Positions 1 through 8,123 of a DNA stretch of 27,199 nucleotides are shown one piece after another (within the stretch, counting starts at the first letter, position 1; each line of letters opens with the position of its first letter). Origin of the DNA: a virus (Duplodnaviria > Caudoviricetes); the IMG/VR virus record IMGVR_UViG_3300023178_003433, positions 1 through 27,199 of that record. One strand, given 5' to 3'. The position numbers were made by a program, and so were the translations under genes. The notes below the pieces were generated by a model that made no database searches, was not told the origin of the DNA, and was given only the letters and a program-made list of their open reading frames with translations.

Positions 1-1323
1 CACATCCTACGTGACAATTCAGAAAACAAAATACCTAGTGCGCCACGTATGGCTGTATATGTCACAGGTTTAGAAATGGATACAGCACGGTTAAGTGATG
101 CCAGCTATGTAAACAAATTGAATATTAGAGAACGTGCATACGACTCTGAAGGCAAAGAATATTTAAAAACTGAAGGTAAAAATTACACAGTAGAACGTCT
201 TATGCCAACCCCATATACACTGAGTGTAAATGTTGATTTATGGACAAGCAACACAGATCAAAAATTACAAATTATGGAACAAGTTTTGATGTTGTTCAAT
301 CCAAGTTTAGAAATACAAACTACAGATAACTATGTTGATTGGACTAGTTTAAGTGTAGTAAATCTTGGTAATATACAGTTTAGTTCTCGTAGCATACCTG
401 TTGGCACAGAATCAGAAATTGATGTTGCTACTTTAGGATTTACAACACCTATATATATTTCACCTCCTACCAAAGTAAAAAGACTAGGTGTTGTCACTAA
501 AATTGTACAAAGTATTTACGATGAAAGCAAAGGTACAATAGAATTAGCAAACTCTCGTCCACAAACAAAAGCATATGCTGATGATTCTTTTCCTAGTGCA
601 GACATTAGAACAAATGTTTACGTGACACCAACGGGTGAAGTAGACCGTATAAAGAACAATCGAGGTGCATTTAAAGAAAATACAGAACTTGTAATTGCTA
701 ATTCATATAGAGATGCAGGATTACTTGTTTTGGGCAATACTGCAAAAATAATAAACAAAGGTGTTGTCGGAAGTATGCTTTGGGAAACATACATAAAAGC
801 ATTTCCAGAAATTTTTGAATCAGGTATAACAGAATTAAGGTTGGCAAGGAAAGATTTAGAGTCAGAAGTTGCTGGCACAGTAGCAATAAACACACAAGAT
901 GGCACTGAACTAATTGTTAACTGGGACGCAGATACTTTACCTAGTGATACAATACTGACAGGTCCTAATGGTGATAATAACAAAATTCACTACATAATAG
1001 ATCCTACAAAGACAAGTCCTGTAGATTTTAAGACAGCTGGCACAAGAGTATTATTACTAGGTGAAGGTATAGGTGATGCAGGTAATGAAGATGGAGCAGA
1101 TGATTGGAAAAATAATGATGGTACTGATTTTGTTGCTGGTGCAAACGACATAGTTGAGTGGTCAGGAACAGCATGGTCTGTTGTTTTTGATTCATCTAAT
1201 TACGAAGATACTGCATATACAACCAATTTAAATACCGGAGTGCAATACAAATGGGACAACGGTGAATGGATACTATCATTTGAAGGTGAATATCCAAGAG
1301 GAACGTGGCGTCTAAAATACTAA
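1..1323 (+). CDS. T4 gp15-like tail sheath stabilizer/completion protein with long C-terminal extension (5' end probably outside window)
   Basis: Frame is open from base 1 (HILRDNSENKIPSAPR then M at 49). PTPYTLSVNVDLWTSNTDQKLQIMEQVLMLFNPS resembles the gp15-family core (PY.l.f.l.i....dd..QIvEQIlp.F.P). Trp-rich beta-type C-terminus. Confidence 0.75.
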   Translation, partial: HILRDNSENKIPSAPRMAVYVTGLEMDTARLSDASYVNKLNIRERAYDSEGKEYLKTEGKNYTVERLMPTPYTLSVNVDLWTSNTDQKLQIMEQVLMLFNPSLEIQTTDNYVDWTSLSVVNLGNIQFSSRSIPVGTESEIDVATLGFTTPIYISPPTKVKRLGVVTKIVQSIYDESKGTIELANSRPQTKAYADDSFPSADIRTNVYVTPTGEVDRIKNNRGAFKENTELVIANSYRDAGLLVLGNTAKIINKGVVGSMLWETYIKAFPEIFESGITELRLARKDLESEVAGTVAINTQDGTELIVNWDADTLPSDTILTGPNGDNNKIHYIIDPTKTSPVDFKTAGTRVLLLGEGIGDAGNEDGADDWKNNDGTDFVAGANDIVEWSGTAWSVVFDSSNYEDTAYTTNLNTGVQYKWDNGEWILSFEGEYPRGTWRLKY

Positions 1324-1331
1324 GATAACTA
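1324..1331 (+). promoter_or_regulatory. Putative variant late-promoter box GATAACTA, 5 nt before the NUDIX ATG
   Basis: One-mismatch version of the TAAATA box, at the same short spacing to ATG seen at 9420, 14770 and 14817. No SD visible. Confidence 0.4.
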
Positions 1332-1336
1332 TTTGT

Positions 1337-1768
1337 ATGAATGAAATAGTTTGTAGCGGAGCGTTATTCTATAGTTTGGATACAAAACGCTTCCTATTTT
1401 TACACAGGACACAAGGAAAACAAAGCAAGTTGTGGGGATTAGTGGGAGGAACCACTGAAGACTCTGAATCTCCTTGGACTGGGTTATGTAGAGAAATTAA
1501 AGAAGAAATAGGCGATATAGAAATTAAAAAAACAATCCCATTAGAAACATTTATATCTAACGATACAAAATTTAGTTTCCATACATATTTGTGTGTTGTA
1601 CCTGAAGAATTTATTCCAAAATTAAACTATGAACATGACGGTTATGCCTGGGTAAGTTTTAACAATTGGCCCAAACCTTTGCATCACGGACTAAGGAACA
1701 CACTAAGTAATAAGGTTAACCAAACAAAATTAGAAACAGTTTTTAAATTAATTGATTTATTGGAGTAG
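1337..1768 (+). CDS. NUDIX hydrolase
   Basis: Nudix box G-TTEDS-E-SPWTGLC-REIKEEIG matches GX5EX7REUXEEXG. Downstream LNYEHDGYAW. Confidence 0.9.
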   Translation: MNEIVCSGALFYSLDTKRFLFLHRTQGKQSKLWGLVGGTTEDSESPWTGLCREIKEEIGDIEIKKTIPLETFISNDTKFSFHTYLCVVPEEFIPKLNYEHDGYAWVSFNNWPKPLHHGLRNTLSNKVNQTKLETVFKLIDLLE

Positions 1769-1770
1769 AT

Positions 1771-2139
1771 ATGTCAGAAACTAAACAAAGCACAGATAAT
1801 GTAAAAGAAAAAGATTGGGGATACGAACTTACGTGGGCAAAAAAAGAAAACTATGGAGCAAAAATATATGTTTTTCAAAAGCCGGGTAAAACTCCATTTG
1901 TAATGAATTTACAAACTGCAAAAAGTTATTTTGTAAATGCAGGTGTTTTTCAATTTAGATGGATAGACAAAGATGGAAAAATTTTTCAAAGTGAAGTTAA
2001 AGAAGGAGCAGTGTTAGAATGTTTGCCTGCTACACCTTATAGTTTAGAATGTACAACATCCAACGGTAGTGTGACTGAGGCTAATAGCGGTCATATTGAA
2101 AATGATGAGAGAGTAGTGATTACTACTGATAGATTCTAA
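1771..2139 (+). CDS. Cupin-fold protein lacking metal-binding His residues (paralog-like to 7764..8123)
   Basis: KDWGYELTWA...YGAKIYVF...TPYSLEC...GSVTEANS parallels KGWGSETIFA...YCGKLLNF...LPHQLMC...GSIIEVST. GGAG SD upstream. Confidence 0.65.
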   Translation: MSETKQSTDNVKEKDWGYELTWAKKENYGAKIYVFQKPGKTPFVMNLQTAKSYFVNAGVFQFRWIDKDGKIFQSEVKEGAVLECLPATPYSLECTTSNGSVTEANSGHIENDERVVITTDRF

Positions 2140-2396
2140 TGAAAATTTCTAATTCACAAAGATATATAGATGATGTGAATAGGTTTTCCAAAGCAATTAA
2201 TAGTATAGAAGACCCTGTCCAAAAACGTAAATATCAATCTATGTTGGCTGATTTCAAAAATGAAATTCAATTAATAGACGATGCACACAGCACATTAAAT
2301 CCAGATCCTCTTGCAGCTAGAGAAAAAGTAAAAAAATCATTAGAGTTGAGAAGAGATTTAGATTCAATGATCAAAAGTTTATCAAATAACACTTAA
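2139..2396 (+). CDS. Hypothetical small helical protein
   Basis: 85 aa ORF coupled to the previous gene by a TAATG overlap. Charged and helical in composition. Overlaps the convergent gene by 15 nt. Confidence 0.65.
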   Translation: MKISNSQRYIDDVNRFSKAINSIEDPVQKRKYQSMLADFKNEIQLIDDAHSTLNPDPLAAREKVKKSLELRRDLDSMIKSLSNNT

Positions 2397-3263
2397 TCTT
2401 TTAACTGTAATTGTTCCAAACATACTTGCATGTGATCTACATTGATATACATATGTAGTAGAAGCAGGATTTTCAGGCACACGCCAGTACAATACACCAG
2501 TATCTTTGCCTTGTGCATTTGCATCTAAACTTATTGTTCCATTTTCTCCTACATGAACAAGTCCTGTAGAAATTTCAGTAAGAGTGTTATCTTGTATTGC
2601 AAATGGATGACCGGGTATTAGTGTTAAATCAAATGCGACAGTTGCACCACCAATCACATAGATAGTTGGATTGTTTGCAGCACCATAATGATTTAAAAAC
2701 CTATATGCAGTAGCAGAATCATTATCTACTCTAAACATCAATAGTGCTGGTTCGTAGATATCAGATACATTTAGTCCTGCTGTTGTAGCATCTGTCAGTC
2801 CACTAAATGTTGTTGCTCCACCGCCTCCACCGCCAGTACTTGCAAAAGTAATAGTATCTGTAGTACCGTCTGTTGTAATAGTCATGTTTGACCCAGCAAC
2901 AAAAGTCACAGTATCTGTGACGTCATCTGCTTCAACTGCGTCATTACCTGCAACAGAAATAGTAGAAAACGCATTTTGATTAGCTTCTCCTTCGCCATCA
3001 CCTCCACCGCCGCCGGTGCTTGCAAAAGTTATAGTTTTAGTTTCAGCATCTGGAGTAATTGTAATATTAGATCCTGCTGTAAAAGTCAATGAATCTGCAG
3101 GTATAGTAGCTGATACATCGCCGATAGTTGTAAAGTTATTAGGTAAAGATACAGATGATGTATTGCCTACTACATTCCAAGCAGTGCCGTCGTACTGCCA
3201 TGTAGTTGATCCTGAAGTATATGTTGCACCATTGCTAGGTGATGTAGGAAAATTTAAAGCCAT
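2382..3263 (-). CDS. Virion structural (fibre/decoration-like) protein with C-terminal cupredoxin-like domain
   Basis: N-terminus MALNFPTSPSNGATYT...WQYDGTAW is typical of T4-like fibre/structural proteins. Thr/Gly-rich repeats. C-terminal HPF...YVYQCRSHASMFGTITV. Preceded by CATAAATA box and GAGG SD. Confidence 0.75.
   Translation of the reverse strand: MALNFPTSPSNGATYTSGSTTWQYDGTAWNVVGNTSSVSLPNNFTTIGDVSATIPADSLTFTAGSNITITPDAETKTITFASTGGGGGDGEGEANQNAFSTISVAGNDAVEADDVTDTVTFVAGSNMTITTDGTTDTITFASTGGGGGGATTFSGLTDATTAGLNVSDIYEPALLMFRVDNDSATAYRFLNHYGAANNPTIYVIGGATVAFDLTLIPGHPFAIQDNTLTEISTGLVHVGENGTISLDANAQGKDTGVLYWRVPENPASTTYVYQCRSHASMFGTITVKRLSVI
2826..3135 (-). repeat. Two-copy internal repeat (period 180 nt / 60 aa) in the structural protein
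   Basis: DSLTFTAGSNITITPDAETKTITFASTGGGG vs DTVTFVAGSNMTITTDGTTDTITFASTGGGG. The word tgcaaaagt occurs at 2841 and 3021. Confidence 0.85.
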
Positions 3264-3278
3264 TATAACCTCTCAATG

Positions 3279-3286
3279 TATTTATG
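3279..3286 (-). promoter_or_regulatory. T4-late-like promoter box CATAAATA
   Basis: 15 nt upstream of ATG 3263 with GAGG SD between. Overlaps the stop codon of the protease gene. Confidence 0.6.
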
Positions 3287-4883
3287 TATCCTTTGTTTGC
3301 ACTGTAGGTGCAATATTTTTCATGTTAATTTGATTTTTTATTGTAAGAGCTTGTTTTGCATATCTATTATACAGCATTTTGTTAGATGCTCCTAGTAAAC
3401 TAGTAGTGAATGCAGTATAATCTGTATCCGATGCAGTATCATATATTATGTTGTCACTAGCATCGGCAATTATTCTATTGTATAATTGAGATGGTGTTAA
3501 CTCAGGCTTAACTCCTAAGTGCAAAGCACCTACTCCTGCAACTTGTGGTGCAGAAAAACTAGTTCCTGAGTTTATTGCAATTCTATAGCTAGAGTCTCCA
3601 GGATATTCTGCATCGTTTTTATCATTTATATTACTTGTTGCACTAACAATATTTGTTCCTGCAGCCCATATGTCTACACGAGGACCTCGGCTGCTAGATC
3701 CCGCAGTTCTATCTTTGTTTTCTATAACTGAAGTGTCTATATTTCCACATTGGAATGCATTATCTGAATGTGGTGAACTACCTCTGTGATAATAATATGT
3801 AGAAGAGCCATAAATTACATAATTGTCATAGTCGTCTCCGCCTACGTTATCGCCTTTGTGATAATCATTACCTGCTGCAACTGCAACATGCACTCCTGCA
3901 CTTATCAGTTGATCAACATCTGCATCTACAGATGCTATCCTTAGTGGTAAGAATCTTGTTGTACCAATAACTGGTACAACTATTCCTGTGTTAGTCCAAA
4001 GATCTGCATCGTTCAAGTAATCAGCTCCCCATACCCAAATACCACCTCTATAGCTTCCTGAGTTTGGATCACCAGATAACTGACTTGAATATCCCCAGCT
4101 CATATTGACAATGGTAGGACGTTTGTATCCTGTGCTAGTAATGGGTTTTAAATTGTGCCATTCTCTAATTAAATCAAAACAATCACCAATTGGAATGCCG
4201 GTGCCACTGTCGCCGGAACCTTCTAGTCCTGCTAATTTTTGCGAATATATGTTTGCCTGTTTTGCATAACCGTATGTTTTTCCTGCTACAATACCTGCAC
4301 AGATAGTTCCGTGTCCGTCATAATCTCTGTTGTGATTTGCAGGCATACTTCCTGCTACTGCACCGCCAGCAGCTGTATACCAATCTAGATCAACAAATCT
4401 ATTTGTTCCATCAGTATTTTGCCATTCTGGATGATTTGGTTCAACACCACTATCTTGTATAACAATATCTACACCTTTGCCTTCAATTGCATAATCATAA
4501 AACCCTTGAGTAGTGGTACCTTCACCATAAAAGTTATTTCGTATTGACGACCTTTTTAGTCCCCAATTGACATATTGATCCCCATCTGCTATAGAAGTGG
4601 TTTTAGTAAAATCACTTATTTGTCTTTGTTTTAATCCTATTTTTATATCTGTTCTTTGATCAGGTGGTATTTCAACTGCTAATATACGCGGATCATTTTC
4701 TAATAACCGCGCTTCTTCATCAGTAAGCATGAAATGAGTTTGGCGTGTATTGCCTTTTCTTTGGTTGGCTATATCAACAGTTCTATTAGGTATAGGTCCA
4801 GCTCCAGTAGACGCTGTTAGCTCTTGTTCTACTTGTTCTAAATTAGCTTCTTTTGTAATAACAACTGTGTATTCTCTTTCCAT
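3282..4883 (-). CDS. Subtilisin-like serine protease (peptidase S8)
   Basis: Catalytic motifs VDIVIQDSG (Asp), DGHGTICAG (His) and SGTSFSAPQVAG (Ser), plus oxyanion AAGND. N-terminal propeptide-like region, no signal peptide. Confidence 0.93.
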   Translation of the reverse strand: MEREYTVVITKEANLEQVEQELTASTGAGPIPNRTVDIANQRKGNTRQTHFMLTDEEARLLENDPRILAVEIPPDQRTDIKIGLKQRQISDFTKTTSIADGDQYVNWGLKRSSIRNNFYGEGTTTQGFYDYAIEGKGVDIVIQDSGVEPNHPEWQNTDGTNRFVDLDWYTAAGGAVAGSMPANHNRDYDGHGTICAGIVAGKTYGYAKQANIYSQKLAGLEGSGDSGTGIPIGDCFDLIREWHNLKPITSTGYKRPTIVNMSWGYSSQLSGDPNSGSYRGGIWVWGADYLNDADLWTNTGIVVPVIGTTRFLPLRIASVDADVDQLISAGVHVAVAAGNDYHKGDNVGGDDYDNYVIYGSSTYYYHRGSSPHSDNAFQCGNIDTSVIENKDRTAGSSSRGPRVDIWAAGTNIVSATSNINDKNDAEYPGDSSYRIAINSGTSFSAPQVAGVGALHLGVKPELTPSQLYNRIIADASDNIIYDTASDTDYTAFTTSLLGASNKMLYNRYAKQALTIKNQINMKNIAPTVQTKDT

Positions 4884-6139
4884 TATACTAAACTAGTCCA
4901 GGATCCATTTTCATAAACTTGTGCTTTGTTCAAAGTTGTGTCGTATACCATATCACCGTTTACTGCTACAAGTGCATCTTTTTGTGTTGTAGTAAAACTT
5001 GGTAATCTAAATGGACCTCCAGAAACTATTACACCGTCTGGTGCTGTAAGTGTAAGAGTAGTTGCACTATCTAACTCTGGTGATCCTGTATTTGTAGCAA
5101 CAAAATTTCCTGCATATGCTGTGTTTGAAACATTTAAATCATTTTCCACAGTGACATCACTGTTAAAAGTTGTTGCAGGAACAATGCTTATTCCGCTACT
5201 GTCGTCTGTTGTAATTATACTAGCGTCAAGTGTGAAATTACCTACACTACCTCCGCCGCCACTATCTTCAAAAGTAAAATTGCCAGCTCCGTCGGTAGTT
5301 AAGACTTGTCCTATAGTGCCGTCTGCTATTCCTAAATCAGTAAGTGCAGTAGGAATAGGATATGTTGGTTGTACCCATTGTATACTGTCATCATCTTGAA
5401 TGTATACATATATTTTTCCTGTTTCGCTATTGAACCATAATGCTCCATTTTCGGAATCTTCAGGTGGCGTACTAGATACACTTATGCTACCGCCACTGCC
5501 TGTGCCTGGTTGTGCAGTTGTGATTTCATTGCCCATATCAGTGTGCGAAGTACACCAGTAGTATAGTGTAGTAGGTGTTGCACTAACAACAGTAATCTGT
5601 ACACTTCTTTGTGTAGCACCAGCAAATCTATCGTAATATCTTTGTCTTGTGACCACTTCATTGTTTAATTTGTACACAACGTTTGTAGTGTATGCTGTGC
5701 CATCTGTTCCTAATTCTCCATTGATGTTATCACTGCTGAAGTTTAAAGGATGTTGATTGTTTGCTCCGCCTTCTGGATTAGGAAAATATTCATTTGTTTG
5801 ATCATTTTGATTGAAAATATATGTATAACCTATTACAAAATTAAGTTTAGGTTTATATTCACCATTGATAAAATACTTGTTTCCGCTTTCTACTTCGTCG
5901 GGATCAGTGCCAACAGTGACAGTGTATTCAACTATAGCTACACCACTGTCTACAAGATTGTTTTGTATATTTGAATTAGTAATTGCTATATGGCCGCCTT
6001 GTGTATCTCCGTCATATAGTCTTAAGGTTTGACTGTCTTTATCAAAGAAGACTTCGCCGCTGTTTCCAAAATTTCTGTCCAAGAAATCATCTGGTCTTGG
6101 AATAATTCTGATTCTATCTACAATTGGTGCTGATGACAT
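4883..6139 (-). CDS. Virion structural (fibre-like) protein with cupredoxin-like domain
   Basis: GEVFFDKDSQTLRLYDG, NGALWFNSETGKIYVY, DGTIGQVLTTDGAGNFTF and NGDMVYDTTLNKAQVYENGSW are common phage fibre modules. Internal HPLNFS...LYYWCTSHTDMG. Confidence 0.78.
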   Translation of the reverse strand: MSSAPIVDRIRIIPRPDDFLDRNFGNSGEVFFDKDSQTLRLYDGDTQGGHIAITNSNIQNNLVDSGVAIVEYTVTVGTDPDEVESGNKYFINGEYKPKLNFVIGYTYIFNQNDQTNEYFPNPEGGANNQHPLNFSSDNINGELGTDGTAYTTNVVYKLNNEVVTRQRYYDRFAGATQRSVQITVVSATPTTLYYWCTSHTDMGNEITTAQPGTGSGGSISVSSTPPEDSENGALWFNSETGKIYVYIQDDDSIQWVQPTYPIPTALTDLGIADGTIGQVLTTDGAGNFTFEDSGGGGSVGNFTLDASIITTDDSSGISIVPATTFNSDVTVENDLNVSNTAYAGNFVATNTGSPELDSATTLTLTAPDGVIVSGGPFRLPSFTTTQKDALVAVNGDMVYDTTLNKAQVYENGSWTSLV

Positions 6140-6156
6140 TTTATACCTCTACAACA

Positions 6157-6164
6157 TATTTATC
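6157..6164 (-). promoter_or_regulatory. T4-late-like promoter box GATAAATA
   Basis: Intergenic, 17 nt upstream of ATG 6139 with GAGG SD between. Confidence 0.65.
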
Positions 6165-6178
6165 GATTGTTTTAGGTA

Positions 6179-6991
6179 TTATAATGACGCAATATAGTCG
6201 TCAATTTCAGTAAATTCATGGCTAATTGTGTCTAATAACTTAGTGTTATCACTGCATGTATACTTTTGATACTGTTGTTTTATGTTTTCGGGCATTGGAA
6301 TATGTTGTATTAGAGCTTTACGTTTTTTAGCAATTAGTTTTGCTACGTAATCAAAACTCAGTGCTTTTCCAGTACCAATATTCCATATTCCGCTTTTGTT
6401 TATATCCAACATTTTTTCATGTATTTGACATACATCGCCAACAAAAACAAAATCTCTTAGATAATTTTCACTGTTTTCAAACAGCTTTATTTCTGTAGTT
6501 TCAATTGCTTGTTGATTAAATTTAAAAACAGGACTTGCTTGATTGCCTTTGTGATCTTCATGCGGTCCATAGACATTGAAATACCTAAAACCTTGACAAA
6601 TAAAACTATTGTCATGCACTGCTGTAGCCCATCTATCGAATAAAAATTTACTCCAAGCATATGGGCTTTCCGGAGAACAATACAGTGTTTCCTTAAAATT
6701 AGTAGTTTGTCCATACACACTTGCACTACTAGCATACTGTAAATTTACATTATATAGTTTGCATTGATTGTATAACCATTTAGAAAAATCATAATTTTGT
6801 GTAAGTATTTTGTTTACATCTCTTTCAGTTGTATCGCTAATTGCACCTAAATGAATTACCCAATCAAAATCTTTTATAAGTGGCAAATTTTCTTTGTGCC
6901 ATTCATAACCTAAAACCTCATGCTTTTGCTTGAGCCATTCTGCTAAATTTTTTCCGATAAATCCTTGATGTCCTGTAATTAAAATTTTCAT
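6179..6991 (-). CDS. hldD: ADP-L-glycero-D-manno-heptose 6-epimerase (extended SDR)
   Basis: Motifs TGHQGFIG, YASSASVYG, YAWSK, and HldD-like FRYFNVYGPHEDHKGNQAS, RDFVFVGDV, YQKYTCSD. Clustered with hldE. Confidence 0.85.
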   Translation of the reverse strand: MKILITGHQGFIGKNLAEWLKQKHEVLGYEWHKENLPLIKDFDWVIHLGAISDTTERDVNKILTQNYDFSKWLYNQCKLYNVNLQYASSASVYGQTTNFKETLYCSPESPYAWSKFLFDRWATAVHDNSFICQGFRYFNVYGPHEDHKGNQASPVFKFNQQAIETTEIKLFENSENYLRDFVFVGDVCQIHEKMLDINKSGIWNIGTGKALSFDYVAKLIAKKRKALIQHIPMPENIKQQYQKYTCSDNTKLLDTISHEFTEIDDYIASL

Positions 6992-7767
6992 AATCTACTC
7001 CAAGGATCCTCAAGCAACACACTCTCATCAACTTCATATATAAACTCTTGTTGTCCATGATCTGGTACATTACTATATCTATCACCTAAGTACCATACAC
7101 CTGACGGACTTGCAGTTCTGCCATTATAACTTTCACCTGTCATATGACAAGCATTATCTACACTTATAACATGTATCATGTGATGTTGTGATATCATTTG
7201 CAACCATGCAGTGTGCCAGTCGAAGTAAACTTTATCAAATGTTTTGCCTTTACCTCTTTCTCCATTACTCAAATGTATAAAAATATGTAGTTCGCCTTGT
7301 AAAACCATATCAGTCGGAATACAGTTTTTATTATACATTGCACTACCCCACATATCATTACAAATCAGTACTCCTGCTTTTACCCTACGGTGCATAGGCA
7401 GTGTAATGTCTTCTACTGGCAGTGTATCTAAATTTAAGTGTTCATCATAACTAGTCAACAAACTTTTCGTCCTTAGTCCGCATCCTTGACCATTGTTATC
7501 TATTACTATGCAACAGTTGTATGTAGATTTTGCTTGCCGCCAAAGACTGCCTAAAAATATTGCTGTATTATTTTTGTCACATGCTTCCCTAATTCGATCT
7601 AAATTTTTACTTGCGTTAATTTGCCAATTTTGTGTATATCCTGTCATAGCACATTCAGGTGTAATAACATAATCAACATCTTTGTAAGTTTCTATACACT
7701 TTATTATATGATCTGTATTAGCATCACCATCTTGAGTGACATTCATTTGCAAACCTAAAAACTTCAT
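6988..7767 (-). CDS. Carbon-nitrogen hydrolase (nitrilase superfamily)
   Basis: Glu-Lys-Cys triad motifs ITPECAMTGY, RTKSLL and VLICNDMW. ATGA overlaps on both sides. Confidence 0.82.
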   Translation of the reverse strand: MKFLGLQMNVTQDGDANTDHIIKCIETYKDVDYVITPECAMTGYTQNWQINASKNLDRIREACDKNNTAIFLGSLWRQAKSTYNCCIVIDNNGQGCGLRTKSLLTSYDEHLNLDTLPVEDITLPMHRRVKAGVLICNDMWGSAMYNKNCIPTDMVLQGELHIFIHLSNGERGKGKTFDKVYFDWHTAWLQMISQHHMIHVISVDNACHMTGESYNGRTASPSGVWYLGDRYSNVPDHGQQEFIYEVDESVLLEDPWSRL

Positions 7768-8123
7768 GATTGACTGTCACCCTTTTCTATTCTATAATTA
7801 TCTTCAACACTATCGGGTGTACTTACTTCAATAATAGATCCTGATTCAACACACATTAGTTGATGTGGCAACATGGGAGGAATATGTTTAGTGTCTCCTG
7901 TATTTAAAGTTTCTACATTAGTTTCTGCAGAAGTTGTATCTATAGTTTTTAATATGAAACTACCACTTAACACATGCCAAGTTTCGTCTTTTTCTTTGTG
8001 CATATGCATACTAAATTTTGCGCCTTGATTAAAATTTAATAATTTACCGCAATATAAATCGTTAGTTGCAAAAATAGTTTCACTACCCCAACCTTTTTGT
8101 ACTTCGCCTTTATGTCTTGTCAT
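7764..8123 (-). CDS. Cupin sugar-isomerase-like protein (mannose-6-P isomerase / D-lyxose isomerase-like)
   Basis: KGWG-E, SMHMHKEKDETW (HxHxxKxE) and PHQL metal ligands, EVST..DNYR. ATG at 8123 with GGAGAG SD is preferred over the ORF-track start at 8138. Confidence 0.8.
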   Translation of the reverse strand: MTRHKGEVQKGWGSETIFATNDLYCGKLLNFNQGAKFSMHMHKEKDETWHVLSGSFILKTIDTTSAETNVETLNTGDTKHIPPMLPHQLMCVESGSIIEVSTPDSVEDNYRIEKGDSQS

